The notes beneath the pieces are model-generated. The model saw nothing but the letters and a program-made list of their open reading frames with translations. It did not search any database and had not been told where the DNA came from. Shown here piece after piece: positions 63,336-64,000 of a DNA stretch of 64,000 nucleotides (the first letter of the stretch is position 1; each line of letters starts with the position of its first letter). A program made the position numbers and the translations under genes. Location of the stretch: positions 70,558,001-70,622,000 of the forward strand of contig NC_087436.1 of assembly GCF_036321535.1 (NCBI RefSeq), given 5' to 3'. The DNA is from Camelus dromedarius. Lineage: Eukaryota.

Positions 63336-64000
63336 GAACAAGTCAAGCTGAAACCCAGCTGTGTATTAAGATGACTTGTTTCAGAAAAACCTTTTGGTCA
63401 GAGATGAAAGAAGTTCATCTCTTCTCACAGTGTCTTTGGCTGCGTTACTCGTTGTTTCTCAAATGAAACTTACAGATAAAGCCTGTTTCCATATTAGCTT
63501 ATTTATGGCACTGAGAAATAAGCAAGGGGAATTTTAGAAATTTCAACAAGTACCCTCTACCTTGAAGCTTTGGGTGAAGAAAAACTCGATGCATAATTCA
63601 ATGCCTGTTGAATTATGATCTCTAAGAAGGCATCCCCAGACACTCTGGAGGAAGGCTTTGTTTAGAAAAATAACAATTGTCCCTACCACTTAAAAGAGTT
63701 GTGCAACTCTTTTCCAAAGTGTGGAATTCTCAGGGAGTATCTCTTTTCATCAGAACATTGTGAAAACATCCATAAAAAATGTGTCATGAAGGGATTTTCT
63801 TGGGGTGTGGGCAGTGTTGTTCTTATTTGCACATGTCTTTGTGGGAGTCCCTGAATGAAGTCCTGCTGAGGGAACGGAGTGCAGTTACTTCTTTTAAAAG
63901 ATCTTGATTCGTGTCACCTTTTGGTTTCCAGTTTTAAAAATTCTCTATAGTTTTTCATTTTCAACAGATGTGCTGAAGTAGCACAACATGTAGGTTTTGT

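Noticed and set aside
53372..64000. Next canonical SLC4A4 exon (LKNKFMKK...)
   Set aside because: Not found; the intron runs off the end of the window.
1..64000. CRISPR arrays, operons, rRNA or other prokaryotic/phage systems
   Set aside because: No regularly spaced repeats or gene-dense structure; the sequence is mammalian intron-rich DNA.

Overview
This is mammalian genomic DNA, very probably camelid (a Vic-1-type tRNA-derived SINE is present). It lies entirely inside the SLC4A4 gene (electrogenic Na+/HCO3- cotransporter NBCe1) on the + strand. Three canonical coding exons of the cytoplasmic N-terminal domain are present: 7853-8013 (161 nt), 16303-16482 (180 nt) and 53295-53371 (77 nt). 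From memory these are exons 5-7 in NBCe1-B numbering. They splice in frame, and the second carries the known 27-nt 'cassette I' alternative donor. The rest is intron with L1, L2, MIR, MLT1 and ERV1 solo LTRs, hAT/mariner MITEs and microsatellites. The main finding is a hidden 96-nt, phase 1-1, stop-free candidate cassette exon at 27930-28025 (ARSPLENSVPCLATRTLDDDPRVQRSPSVGWL). It has a 95-nt AG-free pyrimidine-rich acceptor and a GTAAGT donor, and its peptide resembles the equivalent segment of the paralog NBCe2/SLC4A5 as I recall it. Also notable: a perfect 94-bp templated inverted duplication inside an LTR (40072-40165 vs 40554-40647), a YCAY cluster below the cassette I donors, and an L1-in-L1 fold-back. 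Repeat family names come from motif recognition, not a database search. No prokaryotic features are present.
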